In this document: one piece after another, positions 50,012-60,568 of the stretch | Numbering within the stretch: the stretch's first letter is position 1 | How the letters are laid out: every line of letters starts with the position of its first letter | Sequence record: PV654397.1 | Direction: 5' to 3' (one strand) | Length of the DNA: 64,000 bases | Translations under genes and position numbers: made by a program | Notes under the pieces: model-generated | Databases searched by the model: none | What the model was told of the DNA's origin: nothing | What the model saw: the letters and a program-made list of their open reading frames with translations, nothing else

Positions 50012-51154
50012 TTACTTGTTAGCTTTTTCAGCAATTTCACGAAGAGTATCTTCAAGTTCATGAGAGAGTTTTGCGATTTCAATCTTAGCACGCTCACGCT
50101 CTTCTTTACCTTTCTTCTCTTCAATCAGTACTGCTTCGATGCTATCGATCATTGTTTTGTGTACATTACGCAATGTTTTAATATCCACGATACCACGATT
50201 ATTTGCTTTAGCAGCATCCAACATGTTAGTTGCTACCATTTTAGAGTTTACTTCGAGTAAACGGTTAGTTTCATTGTCAATCAGATTACCCAACTCATTG
50301 TCTTTACGTTGACGTTCGGAAATCAACTGTTCAGCCAATTGTGATTTCCATGCTGGAATAACAACTGATTTCAAATCCTCAAACTTAGAAACAGTGTTGA
50401 GGTTTACTTTCTTCATACTCATCAGGCGAGGACCGCTCAGTTCACACATCATGATAAGACGACGAATCTTATCTTCCTGTTTAGAAAGAGCTTCACAAAT
50501 CATCTTTTGCTCCTGGATTGCAAAAGAATCAACGTCAGGGTTCGCTTGCATTGCTACCAATTCAGCATCTTGTGCTTTGGTAACTTCTTCCAACTCAACT
50601 AACGTATCACGCAGTTCAAAGAGATAGTTTTTGTTTTCGTTGTAAGCAGTGTCTAGCCATGCACATTCCCCATGCTGGCGGTTAATACCAACCTGAAGAG
50701 TGTTCATGATTTCATCAATTTGTTCTTTACTGTTTTTGTACTGATCGCCAACTTTCTGTTTAGCATTAACAAAAAGTTTTTTGACCCAGCCTACGATTGA
50801 TTTATCATCCTGTAGACTATCAATATCAACTGCACGAGTCAATGTCAAGATAGTAGTAATAGACTTACCGAATTCGGTATTATCATCAGTGACGTTAACT
50901 TTTGACATGATTTCATCAGCCAAACGTCCTACACCTGCCCCAGCAGTGGTTCCGATGGTATTAATATTCTGCACAGTTAAAGCCATACTGTTGCCTTTAG
51001 TATCTTTCAGTACTGGAAGTGACTTGGACTGTTGTTCGAAGATATCAGTTGCGTCAATTGTGTGTGCTGCTGTTTTGGTAGTACGTTTGGCAGTTTTGGT
51101 TGCTTTGGCTTGTTTAACTGTTGCTTTTTTCGGATTGATTTCTTTCTCGGACAT
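50012..51154 (-). CDS. telA: toxic anion resistance protein TelA family
   Basis: long helical protein; QQIDEI...L, N..YL.EL, ALSKQ..K, L.KV...F...VIPAWKSQLA; start set at MSEKE. Confidence 0.75.
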   Translation of the reverse strand: MSEKEINPKKATVKQAKATKTAKRTTKTAAHTIDATDIFEQQSKSLPVLKDTKGNSMALTVQNINTIGTTAGAGVGRLADEIMSKVNVTDDNTEFGKSITTILTLTRAVDIDSLQDDKSIVGWVKKLFVNAKQKVGDQYKNSKEQIDEIMNTLQVGINRQHGECAWLDTAYNENKNYLFELRDTLVELEEVTKAQDAELVAMQANPDVDSFAIQEQKMICEALSKQEDKIRRLIMMCELSGPRLMSMKKVNLNTVSKFEDLKSVVIPAWKSQLAEQLISERQRKDNELGNLIDNETNRLLEVNSKMVATNMLDAAKANNRGIVDIKTLRNVHKTMIDSIEAVLIEEKKGKEERERAKIEIAKLSHELEDTLREIAEKANK

Positions 51155-51200
51155 TGTGTATTCCTCAGTTAATTTAAGATAGTGTTGCTCAGTGATAAAC

Positions 51201-51229
51201 ATTCTACAGGCAACACTCAGTACTGTCAA
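51201..51229 (-). promoter_or_regulatory. sigma70-type promoter, AGTACT overlapping the -35
   Basis: TTGACA-gtactgagtgttgcctg(17)-TAGAAT. Confidence 0.8.
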
Positions 51230-51237
51230 CTACTTTT

Positions 51238-52365
51238 TTACTCTTTATTTCCATACGCTAGGTTGCGAATGATATTGGCAGTATCTTCATCGACTGCTTT
51301 ACCAGTTTGAGCTTGTAAACGACCTATAATCAATGGGATAGTGATAGTTTGAATATCAATCATTCGGCTCATATCAATCTGATACTGCTTACTAACACCA
51401 ACAATACTAGTTTCAGTCATTGCTGTTGAAATACCCATTTTCATAATACGTTCAAGCGTTAGTTCATATTCAAATGGATCTTCCAAACGACGAATTGCAT
51501 ATTCACACCCAATCTTACCATACTCAAGTTCATTTTTGATTTCACGAACTTCATCACGAATTTCAGTGAATAAAGACGTAATACCACTAAACTTGTTAGT
51601 ATCGTACTTCACGGCCTCATTCAATGCTTTCATTACTTTTGGTAAATCAGATGGTTGAACTTTGATATCTGCTTTCCCAAACAACTTCTGTGCAAAGGTA
51701 GGCTTCAACGGGAATAACTTTTCCAGTGCTGTTGTAAGGTTACCCATTAATAAACGGATATAATCACTGTGTTGTTGTAGTGCTGCGTTCAAATCCAATT
51801 GTCGCTCAGAGATCTTCTGAATCTTCATACCAACTTCTTGTGCACATACTGGGAGGTTAACATACCAATCCAGTACTTTTACCGAATCTTTTTTAATTGT
51901 ATCTGGGAATTCCATCCAACGTTCAATGTCAGCAACCATCTCACATTCAGGGTCGATAGGTTTCTTCTTAAGAACAATAGGAGCCGGAACTTCTGGTGAA
52001 GTAGCTACTGCTGCCATGTTTGGACGAAGTTTGCCTTCCTTCCAGTCTCGGTACTCCTTCTCTAACGGAGGAATTGGGAGATCTGGAACGATTCTCACAT
52101 TTGAGAAATGAATTTTATCTTTCATCAAATCCATTACCTTCAAACGGCGATTATCAAAATAGATCTCGTCGAGTGAAAGTGAACGGGTGTCGAAATGTGG
52201 ATTTCCCAATGAATCGTATGTTCTGTCCACAACAATGGTATACATATATTTTCGATTCGATGAACGATCATACTGTTTTAACAGTGAGTTAAGAACGTAG
52301 TTGAAGTTAAATTCTTTGATTTCAACTTCTTTGCCGTTGTCAATGAAAAAATATTTTCCTTTCAT
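51238..52365 (-). CDS. hypothetical protein with helical C-terminal domain
   Basis: 375 aa, GAGG SD; C-terminal half weakly TelA-like. Confidence 0.75.
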   Translation of the reverse strand: MKGKYFFIDNGKEVEIKEFNFNYVLNSLLKQYDRSSNRKYMYTIVVDRTYDSLGNPHFDTRSLSLDEIYFDNRRLKVMDLMKDKIHFSNVRIVPDLPIPPLEKEYRDWKEGKLRPNMAAVATSPEVPAPIVLKKKPIDPECEMVADIERWMEFPDTIKKDSVKVLDWYVNLPVCAQEVGMKIQKISERQLDLNAALQQHSDYIRLLMGNLTTALEKLFPLKPTFAQKLFGKADIKVQPSDLPKVMKALNEAVKYDTNKFSGITSLFTEIRDEVREIKNELEYGKIGCEYAIRRLEDPFEYELTLERIMKMGISTAMTETSIVGVSKQYQIDMSRMIDIQTITIPLIIGRLQAQTGKAVDEDTANIIRNLAYGNKE

Positions 52366-52405
52366 TACTAACCTCTTAATTAATTAAAATTGATACGATA
52401 CGTAC

Positions 52406-52434
52406 ATTCTACATACACACGATGTATTTGTCAA
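52406..52434 (-). promoter_or_regulatory. sigma70-type promoter
   Basis: TTGACA-17-TAGAAT. Confidence 0.8.
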
Positions 52435-52464
52435 ACCATTTTTTAAAGAAAAAAAGGACGCACC

Positions 52465-53283
52465 TTAGTGCATCCTTTTGTTACTCTTGTCCTTGTACCA
52501 CACAAATGTTTTTACTGGTGGGTACTTTTCATTCTTTGGTGGTTCCGGCATATCATACACAGTTGCATTTCTGAATTTTAAAATGTATGAATCCATTAAA
52601 CGAATTATACAATAGTTCATGCACTTTTGTGCACGTTCTTTCCAAAAATGTTTATATGGTTCTGGACACCCAAGATAATCCAATTTGTACATACCCATAG
52701 CAGCTTGCATAAAGCGTTGGGCAGAGAACTTACGCTTGTCTACCTTACTAGCTCGATGCTGGTCACATGTCCAACTAGAGATACCAGGGAGATGACAGAA
52801 TAAATCAAAACTCACCATACTATCAAAGTACTTGTTATGACCGTTCAACTCTCCATAAAATACCGCTTCGGAAACAGTTTCATATAGTGAGTAATTTGTA
52901 TGTATATGTTCATTGTCAAATATAGCTTTTAGATCTTTGTAAGTTTCTGGTACTGGTGGCTCTGGTAACACTTCACCGAACGTCTCTAAGCACCAAATCT
53001 TCCACAAGCCTTTCGTAAATTTTACTTCAAGTTCTTTATCGCTGTCAATATAAAAAGTTTTCTCATTGATAAAAACTTTTCGTGCCATGTATGCTTTGAA
53101 TACCGCATCAGGGTCGATATCTTCACGTTTGATATCGTCCCATCCTTTACCGATTCGAGAAATTTCGAATCGTCTCATATACATTCTACATGCCAAATCT
53201 TTAGTTGTACTACGATGATACTTGTCGTCTTGGTGAAGTTTGGTAGTCTCATGGAGAGATTTAAGCATGTTTAAAATTCTCAT
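52465..53283 (-). CDS. hypothetical protein
   Basis: 272 aa. Confidence 0.75.
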   Translation of the reverse strand: MRILNMLKSLHETTKLHQDDKYHRSTTKDLACRMYMRRFEISRIGKGWDDIKREDIDPDAVFKAYMARKVFINEKTFYIDSDKELEVKFTKGLWKIWCLETFGEVLPEPPVPETYKDLKAIFDNEHIHTNYSLYETVSEAVFYGELNGHNKYFDSMVSFDLFCHLPGISSWTCDQHRASKVDKRKFSAQRFMQAAMGMYKLDYLGCPEPYKHFWKERAQKCMNYCIIRLMDSYILKFRNATVYDMPEPPKNEKYPPVKTFVWYKDKSNKRMH

Positions 53284-53960
53284 CGTAACACCAAATACTT
53301 CCCATCTTTACCTACTACATACTGATTACCGCTACGTAGGACGCTATAACTTTCACCTAGTACCGAACTTAAGCGAGATGTATCTACCTGCGTATCGTTC
53401 GATAGAAGCTGTTTTACGTATGCTTCTGACACAAAGCCACTACCAGTACTGTAATGTAGTTTACCATATGCAGTGTTTAGTGCAAGCATGTGACCTTCTT
53501 TAACAACAGATACACCAGCAAAGTCTAAAAATTCACTGATGGATTTAGGAATACCCAAATCGATACGTTGTTGAATTTCATCAAAATCAACATCAATCGG
53601 ATCATTCACACCATAAAGCTGAATCTTCCAGCCAGGATTTGGGCAAATGTTTTCAATAGTTTTGATAAGACGAAGTAGGTTTTCTGGAAATTCCGCATCA
53701 CGTTCCATTTCAACGAATACCTGATAACGACCATCCAGGTTAGGTGTTTCAGCAGCTTCAGTATCAACTGCATCAATTGGAGACTTCTCAATAAAAGATG
53801 ACAGGTCATATGCAGCATCAAAGTTGTTTAGTACTTGAAACATAACAACGATATTACTATCTTCAATCTTAGGAGTATATTCATCTACACTAATAATAGG
53901 ATGAATCAAATCCTTTAGTACTTGTGGACGTAAACCTTGTTCATTTAGTTTCTTTTTCAT
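53280..53960 (-). CDS. conserved jumbo-phage hypothetical protein
   Basis: 226 aa, ISVDEYTPKI...F.V motif. Confidence 0.8.
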   Translation of the reverse strand: MKKKLNEQGLRPQVLKDLIHPIISVDEYTPKIEDSNIVVMFQVLNNFDAAYDLSSFIEKSPIDAVDTEAAETPNLDGRYQVFVEMERDAEFPENLLRLIKTIENICPNPGWKIQLYGVNDPIDVDFDEIQQRIDLGIPKSISEFLDFAGVSVVKEGHMLALNTAYGKLHYSTGSGFVSEAYVKQLLSNDTQVDTSRLSSVLGESYSVLRSGNQYVVGKDGKYLVLR

Positions 53961-54523
53961 TGCATACCACCTTGTTGTACATCATCAGATACTTCTACAT
54001 CTAAATCAACATCTTCACCAGTAATTGGCTCATCTGATGGTTCTTGTGCATTCATAGGATTACTATTGAACTCGGAAGCCATTAGTTTGTATTCATCAAA
54101 ACTTTCAGGGTTGATTAGGTTTCTAGGAATTTGTACACGAACCAATAGAACTGGAATTCGTTCATTTTTTGGAATACGAACAGAACCAGATTGCGTTGCC
54201 ACACTCTTCATATCAGCCTGACGGTTAGGATCTTGAATAGGTGTAATTTCATAATCTGCTTTCACATATACCTTAGTCCCGTGCTTCTCAAGAATTGAGA
54301 ATGCAGTAGGATCAGGGAAATTCTCACGATAGTATTTGAATGTCACAGTACACCAGTACTTACTAACAATCGGACCTTCAACGAGTTCACCTTCGATGAT
54401 ACCATGATATGCGTACAAATCATTATCATCAAAATATTTTTCAACAGCCAGAAGTATATCTAGCATACCGCTGTTATCATACAACTGCTGGACTGCATTA
54501 TCTGTATAATCTAAATCATCCAT
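53957..54523 (-). CDS. conserved jumbo-phage hypothetical protein
   Basis: 188 aa, W..GELVEGP.VSKYW pattern. Confidence 0.8.
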   Translation of the reverse strand: MDDLDYTDNAVQQLYDNSGMLDILLAVEKYFDDNDLYAYHGIIEGELVEGPIVSKYWCTVTFKYYRENFPDPTAFSILEKHGTKVYVKADYEITPIQDPNRQADMKSVATQSGSVRIPKNERIPVLLVRVQIPRNLINPESFDEYKLMASEFNSNPMNAQEPSDEPITGEDVDLDVEVSDDVQQGGMQ

Positions 54524-54622
54524 GTTTTATATTATCCTTAAAAAACTAGCACATATAATACTATTTACTACTTTTAAAAAACAATAAAAGGGGATTAAAT
54601 AATCCCCATTGTTTTTACTATA

Positions 54623-55249
54623 TTATTGGTAATATTTCGACAGTACTGAATAGATTTTTAAACGTAGTTCATCCCAGTTGTTAACATAGTCATACCCATA
54701 ACCATTTTTATACATATGATTGTGGGACGCTCGCATCATAACTGATGGGATACCCAATTCCATTGATGTTTCAATATTATTGATATAATCATCAATCATC
54801 AGTTTTACGTCATATCGTTCTTTTAATTCTACTAGTGCTTCATGCTTAGATTCATTCATTTCAACAATGATGATTTCATCAAAACATGTCTCACCAAATA
54901 CATGCATAAGATTAGTATTGCGAAGTACCTCGCTATAACCTTTCTTACCACACTTAGTCAGTACTATGAATTTTTCCTTGTAAAAACGATCACGCAGTTC
55001 ATGCATAATACTTACAGTGTTAGTTTCTACAGGTTTTAGTAATCCAAACATATACGAACGTTGATTGAATTCAGTAATGATCTCTTGAACTTTTTCTCGT
55101 GAAACACCAAACCATTCAGATAAATCGTATGCGAGTGGGTATGGTGTTGTTGGGTTGATATCATATTGGAGTTTTGCGTATTCTCCTAATGAACCAATGT
55201 GATCTAGTAGTACTTCATCACAGTCGAATACAATACAACGGTCTTTCAT
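54623..55249 (-). CDS. HAD-family 5'(3')-deoxyribonucleotidase-like
   Basis: motif I FDCDEVLLD, motif IV MIDD..NN. Confidence 0.75.
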   Translation of the reverse strand: MKDRCIVFDCDEVLLDHIGSLGEYAKLQYDINPTTPYPLAYDLSEWFGVSREKVQEIITEFNQRSYMFGLLKPVETNTVSIMHELRDRFYKEKFIVLTKCGKKGYSEVLRNTNLMHVFGETCFDEIIIVEMNESKHEALVELKERYDVKLMIDDYINNIETSMELGIPSVMMRASHNHMYKNGYGYDYVNNWDELRLKIYSVLSKYYQ

Positions 55250-56202
55250 TACATGTTCCCCGAACAGATTAGGTCAATCTCACACAGTAATGCACTGAGA
55301 TTCATTTCACGGTCAGACACGGTAGCTTGTTTAACAACAGCGTCACGAATCTTAACCTTAATTTTCATTAGAGTAATTTCATCAGTACTGAACATTTCTG
55401 CATTACGATACAGATAAGAGAAGAATGCATCCATCTCATCATCAGGAATGTTTTGCACGATCTGCTCACGCATTTGACGAATGTTACCAGCTTTTAGTGC
55501 ATCAATAATGGCAGTACGATACCCAGCAGAGTTCTCAATACTGTCTTCAAGCTTTACAAGTTTACCATCGACTACTGAACTTTGCAATACGTTTAGCGTT
55601 TTGCGGAAATCAGGATATGAAGCATTGATGTATTTTTGTACTTGTTCAATACTTTCATCAGTACTTAGATCTACTCCTTCTGCCAATAGTACGTTGTAGA
55701 TGCGTGACATGAATTGTTCCATATCATGCTTCTCAATGGTGATGACCTGAACACGAGAGATAATAGGTTTCTGAATCTTATGTGGTTCATTACTGGTAAG
55801 AATGAAACGAGCATTTTCATGGTAATCTTCCATGACACGTTTCAAGCTACCCTGTGCTTTGTGGTTCATTTGTTCCATTTCTTCCAGAACAAATACACGA
55901 TAACGACCAAAACATGATAGTTTTGCTGCTGCATCAATTTTGTCACGAACAGCATCGATACCTTCATCTGACATATTCAGTGTTGTTACATCACTAGGGT
56001 CAAGGTGTCCGTTAGCTTCCAGACCATTCAGTAGTACTTTGATTGCTGAAGTTTTTCCTGTCCCTGCTGGTCCAAAAAATCCAATATGTGGGATATCACC
56101 AGTACGAATCCATTCTTCCATCTTCTGACGTAGGGCTTCGTTCTTAGATACATAATCTTCCATAGTTTGTGGGCGGTATTTTTCAGTCCATAATGTAGTC
56201 AT
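55249..56202 (-). CDS. sliding clamp loader ATPase (gp44/RFC-like)
   Basis: WTEKYRP, Walker A GPAGTGKTS, Walker B VLEEME, ISR motif. Confidence 0.92.
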   Translation of the reverse strand: MTTLWTEKYRPQTMEDYVSKNEALRQKMEEWIRTGDIPHIGFFGPAGTGKTSAIKVLLNGLEANGHLDPSDVTTLNMSDEGIDAVRDKIDAAAKLSCFGRYRVFVLEEMEQMNHKAQGSLKRVMEDYHENARFILTSNEPHKIQKPIISRVQVITIEKHDMEQFMSRIYNVLLAEGVDLSTDESIEQVQKYINASYPDFRKTLNVLQSSVVDGKLVKLEDSIENSAGYRTAIIDALKAGNIRQMREQIVQNIPDDEMDAFFSYLYRNAEMFSTDEITLMKIKVKIRDAVVKQATVSDREMNLSALLCEIDLICSGNM

Positions 56203-56228
56203 GTTTTATTTCCTTGTATATTAGGTGT

Positions 56229-56498
56229 TTATGAAATCCAATCTGCATAATCATACAACAATGCAGTGAATAAGTCTTCTGTCATTTCAAGTTGATTAAA
56301 CAAAAAATTAAATGAGTTTGCTTTGTTCTTCACACCCATTGCTTCGGCCTGGGCTGATACGATAAGTAAGTACTTAAACATATCATGAGAAACTTCATAT
56401 ACGTACTTCGTGTTAGTTCTATCTTCAAACATAAATCGTCCATTTTTAGAAACTAACGTAACGTCAGAAAAACTATATTTTCCATCATCAGTTATCAT
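56229..56498 (-). CDS. hypothetical protein
   Basis: 89 aa. Confidence 0.7.
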   Translation of the reverse strand: MITDDGKYSFSDVTLVSKNGRFMFEDRTNTKYVYEVSHDMFKYLLIVSAQAEAMGVKNKANSFNFLFNQLEMTEDLFTALLYDYADWIS

Positions 56499-56554
56499 GT
56501 ATTTTCATCCAAATAAAAAGCCCAGATAATATATCCGAGCTTTAGATTTATGTT

Positions 56555-56881
56555 TTAACGACCAAATGTTTGAGCAGAGATGCGTGGATCAGTGTCAGAT
56601 ACCAAACTTACTGCTGCTGGATAATCAACGAGATTCATTTTAATACCATCAATCTCAATAGTTCTCGACCAACGACCGTGGTCAATTAGAATCCATTGTC
56701 CTTCTTTGATATCGGTAATGTCTTCACCAACAGAATATACTTTAGCCCAACGACAACGAATACCACGTATCTTACCATCATCACTTGTCAGTACAATACC
56801 ACCTGCGGTTTTACGCTCACCATGTTCTAGTTCAGTTACAATAACTTTACCTTTACAAGCTGTCATTACTTTATTGGTCAT
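56555..56881 (-). CDS. groES: GroES/Cpn10-like co-chaperonin
   Basis: KTAGGIVL mobile loop; VYSVG; IKEGQWIL. Confidence 0.85.
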   Translation of the reverse strand: MTNKVMTACKGKVIVTELEHGERKTAGGIVLTSDDGKIRGIRCRWAKVYSVGEDITDIKEGQWILIDHGRWSRTIEIDGIKMNLVDYPAAVSLVSDTDPRISAQTFGR

Positions 56882-56884
56882 GAA

Positions 56885-57229
56885 TTACTCCTGATCTTTA
56901 GTTTTTGCTCGGCGTGGAGCTTTCTTCTCTTCAGATACTTCAACTTCTGGTTCTTGTGGTTGAACTTCAAAGCTTTCATCATCCCATACTTCTTCAGTAC
57001 TATATTCAGCACTGTGAAGTTGGTGTTCAGGAATGAAATCAGGAATTTGCATTTCACGTTCTTTTTCTTGGATTAGTTCTTCACGGGTTTTAATGACCGT
57101 ACCACCCGAACCAATCTTATCACCACGAGCATTTAGGTTTGCATTACCTAGTGCTACTTTGTGCTGGTTTTGATACTTTAGCATATCCATATCAATGGTG
57201 GTTCCACGATAAGTTGTGTGTTTTGACAT
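56885..57229 (-). CDS. conserved jumbo-phage hypothetical protein
   Basis: RGTTIDMD...ALGNANLNARGDKIG.GG. Confidence 0.8.
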   Translation of the reverse strand: MSKHTTYRGTTIDMDMLKYQNQHKVALGNANLNARGDKIGSGGTVIKTREELIQEKEREMQIPDFIPEHQLHSAEYSTEEVWDDESFEVQPQEPEVEVSEEKKAPRRAKTKDQE

Positions 57230-57292
57230 ATAAAAATCCTTTTTCTATGTGAGTGATATAACGCCTCAAACAACATTATATCACATGTTTTT

Positions 57293-57811
57293 CTACCATT
57301 TCAAAAATTCATTTACATCTAGTTTATACTTCAAAGAATCAACCATATGCAAATCAATCAGGAACAAACAATACGAAGCCACTGAACTACCACGCCCAAG
57401 ACCCCAAAAAATATTGTGCTCTTCCATATAATCAACTAACCAGATCATACATCTTAAAAGCTTAGTCATGTTGTAATGTTCAAACAAATCAATCTCATAC
57501 ATTACACGTTCACGGGCTTCATCCGATGTACATTTCTGTAAAAAGTACTCACGCAAGTTGATGTTATCGTACACTGGATCATAACGCCATAGTTCATGGT
57601 TTTTATCATGTTCTATTGTATAATCCAGCATACGCTGTTCTAAACCAAATTTTTTACAATTATCGTTAAATTTCAATCGTTCCGGTTCATCAATCTCCTG
57701 TAGCTGTAAGTACTGAATATCTGCACCACAGTTGATTGCATACACGACTGCATTAAGGTTACATTTTACATCACCATTGGGACTTATAAATCTGTTTCCT
57801 TGTACTTTCAT
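57293..57811 (-). CDS. DNA polymerase III alpha (DnaE) fragment
   Basis: RVMYEIDL...DYM..HNIFWGLGRGSSVASYCLFLIDLH.VD..KY.L. Confidence 0.8.
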   Translation of the reverse strand: MKVQGNRFISPNGDVKCNLNAVVYAINCGADIQYLQLQEIDEPERLKFNDNCKKFGLEQRMLDYTIEHDKNHELWRYDPVYDNINLREYFLQKCTSDEARERVMYEIDLFEHYNMTKLLRCMIWLVDYMEEHNIFWGLGRGSSVASYCLFLIDLHMVDSLKYKLDVNEFLKW

Positions 57812-58082
57812 TTTTCTTCTTCTGATCCTCTTCGTTATCCGTTAAGTAAGAGTTCATGTCAAATATGCATGGGTCTTGCTCATCATAGGAGGTTTTTTCT
57901 TTTTGTCCCTGACGAATCTCTAATTCAGCATAGCACTGATTCAGAACGGTTTGCATGTTACCAACAATCATATCACTCATACCTGCTGCACGAGCAGACG
58001 TAATACGCATCGATTGTTCGTTAATTTTCAATTGTAACTCTTTCTCGGTCATGGTTGATGGATCAAAAAATGGATTGAACAT
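57771..58082 (-). CDS. hypothetical protein
   Basis: 103 aa, GGAGG SD. Confidence 0.75.
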   Translation of the reverse strand: MFNPFFDPSTMTEKELQLKINEQSMRITSARAAGMSDMIVGNMQTVLNQCYAELEIRQGQKEKTSYDEQDPCIFDMNSYLTDNEEDQKKKNESTRKQIYKSQW

Positions 58083-58083
58083 A

Positions 58084-60480
58084 TCATCCTCCTAAATTGC
58101 TGTTTTGTAATGAAATCAAAAATGTATCATGAACGTAGTTTTCGAATTCATGTGCAAAGAATCCAAATTCAACTCCTGTGATTTCAAACTCAACACCAAC
58201 CATCTTACCATGTTCATTGTTCTGAAGTAAAGTGTTAAAGAATGCTTCACCCTTTCCTGGTGCACAGTATGCAACTGGAATGATTGGCATGAATTTCTTT
58301 TTAACTCCATCTTCTTCGTATGGGTGATTCATGAAGCGAGGAACAGTATCTAGCATCTCATCAGAAATTCCAGGTATAGCATCTACATACAAACCACGGT
58401 TCTGTAAATCAGTTGGGTCTTTCACAAGGTTAGTTGTGTCTTCGCCAATTGCTGCAAAAATATTTTGACGCAAGCCAAATATTTCACCGAGTGTTCCGTT
58501 ATCAATTTGCGTGTAACTTCTTGGATTCTTAGAAACTGACACCAATGAACCTGCTGGTAAAACTTCACGGTATAATATATCATACTGCAAGTTACCTTGG
58601 TTGTCAAGTGCTGACATTACTTTATAGTTTCCCATTACCATTCTAAATTTTCCATCAGGTATAGTTGCACCAGTTTGGTTTATGATATTTTCCCTAAGTA
58701 CTTTTTTAATATCACTCAACGTAGTGTAAGTATAGTTCTGACTCAAAAAGTTTTCTTTTAATAAAATACGTGGTACTTTTTGTAACCCGTATCTATCATC
58801 TGATTGGCGATGGAAAGCTTGATTTGTAAATGATGGTGTACTAATACACTTAAACCATTCACGTTCAAAATAAACAGAAGGTACAATATGTGCACTTAAG
58901 TAGTTTTGTCCAAAACCACGTACAATTTTAAGTTTAAATAACTTGGACGCAACACCACCTTCAGTGTCATATGCTTTGATGTTGAATTCTAAATTTATAT
59001 CATCATTTGCACTGAAATCTAAACTTTTTGCATATGCCGTCCCGACCAAGAACCCATCTGCGGTGAGGTCCAAACCATATTTGCGAATATCATCAGGTCC
59101 ACCATCTAATACATAAGATACCTGATTAGTACTGGTAGTTTGTATTTGTGGATAAGTACTGTGACCGAAATATTCACCCACATGAATACTACCTAAATCA
59201 CTATCAGTTGTGAAGTCTATTGAGTTTCCTTCTTCTGCGTTCACTAGAACACGGAACATCTTCTCTTCACCTATAATATTCTCACCTAAGCTTGAATCAT
59301 AATATCCTAAATCAATCCAATCTGAACTTTTAAACACTGGCTTTGTTTCACCTAGATCATATTCACCAGAGATTACATATGGATATACAACGTTATCTTT
59401 CAACTGATACAAATGATTAGGTAAAGGTTTATCACCATCAGCGTATATACCATCTACATTGTCTGGACATACCCACATTTGATATGCTTTGAAACGTTGG
59501 TTTATAGCGAAGCGGTCAGTGTCATAACTATATGTACTCAAAATATCAACAATTTCAACTTTGAAATATGCATCACATGCATCAGAGTCATATAGGAATG
59601 TTTGCAGAAATTGTCCATTTGGGTTGAAAACCAATCCTGAATCTAGTAACTCCCCAGAGCTAGTTTGAATATTAACCTTAATTTCTTTATTAATACCAAA
59701 TACAGGCCATATATTATCAATAGGACGTAGGATTGCATAATCATCAGTAATGTGGCGAGCAGGAACTTCTGCTGGGGTCATATCGAGTAGACGATACGCT
59801 GGATAAAATACTCTAGGAGATAGGTCAGTTGATGTATCAGTTCCTAAAATAAATGGGCGACGGCGACCAAATCCCTGTACAAATAAAGTACTGTTGGAAC
59901 CGTATTCAATATCACCAATACAATATAATTTGTCATCATCACCGATTTCGATTCCAGGAGTAACCCACACTTCCTGACTATCATATTCAATTGTTACTTC
60001 ATTTGAACCAATTTCACCACTAGGGGAAATGTTACCATAGTACATAACATTTACTGCTTGAAGATAGAAGTTAATCTGTTCAGAGTTGTTAAATGTACCA
60101 TCATCTTTACAATGCAATTTAATAAAATAAACATCTTCGGTATTAGTGCTTGCCGATAGATCAAATTGAGTTTTATCAATTTTACATTTGTGCTTACCAT
60201 TAATCAACTTGTTACCAGTAATACCTGATGATATAGGTGTGAGATTAGATTCATCATTACCAACATACACTGCGTAGTGATCTTCTGGTTGAAATACTGC
60301 ATCAGAACTGTCCAAACCCTGAATAGTTAGAATCATCTCTAAGTATTCGTTTTCATTAAGTATATAACTATCATCCGTTGTGGTTTCTTTGTTGATACTC
60401 AAACGCACAAGAATGTCTTGTCCTTCTTGTATATATCGAGCATCGGCTTTTATATCCCATCTAGGGGTAAAAGTTGTCAT
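58084..60480 (-). CDS. large putative virion structural protein
   Basis: ~798 aa acidic, beta-rich; start set at MTTFTP (GGAG SD); preceded by TATAAATA. Confidence 0.75.
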   Translation of the reverse strand: MTTFTPRWDIKADARYIQEGQDILVRLSINKETTTDDSYILNENEYLEMILTIQGLDSSDAVFQPEDHYAVYVGNDESNLTPISSGITGNKLINGKHKCKIDKTQFDLSASTNTEDVYFIKLHCKDDGTFNNSEQINFYLQAVNVMYYGNISPSGEIGSNEVTIEYDSQEVWVTPGIEIGDDDKLYCIGDIEYGSNSTLFVQGFGRRRPFILGTDTSTDLSPRVFYPAYRLLDMTPAEVPARHITDDYAILRPIDNIWPVFGINKEIKVNIQTSSGELLDSGLVFNPNGQFLQTFLYDSDACDAYFKVEIVDILSTYSYDTDRFAINQRFKAYQMWVCPDNVDGIYADGDKPLPNHLYQLKDNVVYPYVISGEYDLGETKPVFKSSDWIDLGYYDSSLGENIIGEEKMFRVLVNAEEGNSIDFTTDSDLGSIHVGEYFGHSTYPQIQTTSTNQVSYVLDGGPDDIRKYGLDLTADGFLVGTAYAKSLDFSANDDINLEFNIKAYDTEGGVASKLFKLKIVRGFGQNYLSAHIVPSVYFEREWFKCISTPSFTNQAFHRQSDDRYGLQKVPRILLKENFLSQNYTYTTLSDIKKVLRENIINQTGATIPDGKFRMVMGNYKVMSALDNQGNLQYDILYREVLPAGSLVSVSKNPRSYTQIDNGTLGEIFGLRQNIFAAIGEDTTNLVKDPTDLQNRGLYVDAIPGISDEMLDTVPRFMNHPYEEDGVKKKFMPIIPVAYCAPGKGEAFFNTLLQNNEHGKMVGVEFEITGVEFGFFAHEFENYVHDTFLISLQNSNLGG

Positions 60481-60518
60481 TATAATTCTCCATAGCCAAG
60501 CTACCATTATCTATAGAT

Positions 60519-60526
60519 TATTTATA
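60519..60526 (-). promoter_or_regulatory. T4-type late promoter
   Basis: exact TATAAATA. Confidence 0.7.
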
Positions 60527-60534
60527 TAAAGGAC

Positions 60535-60560
60535 AAGGAAGACCCATAAAGGTCTTCCCT
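60535..60560 (-). terminator. putative terminator hairpin after topoisomerase
   Basis: GGAAGACC/GGTCTTCC stem. Confidence 0.65.
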
Positions 60561-60568
60561 GTTTATAA

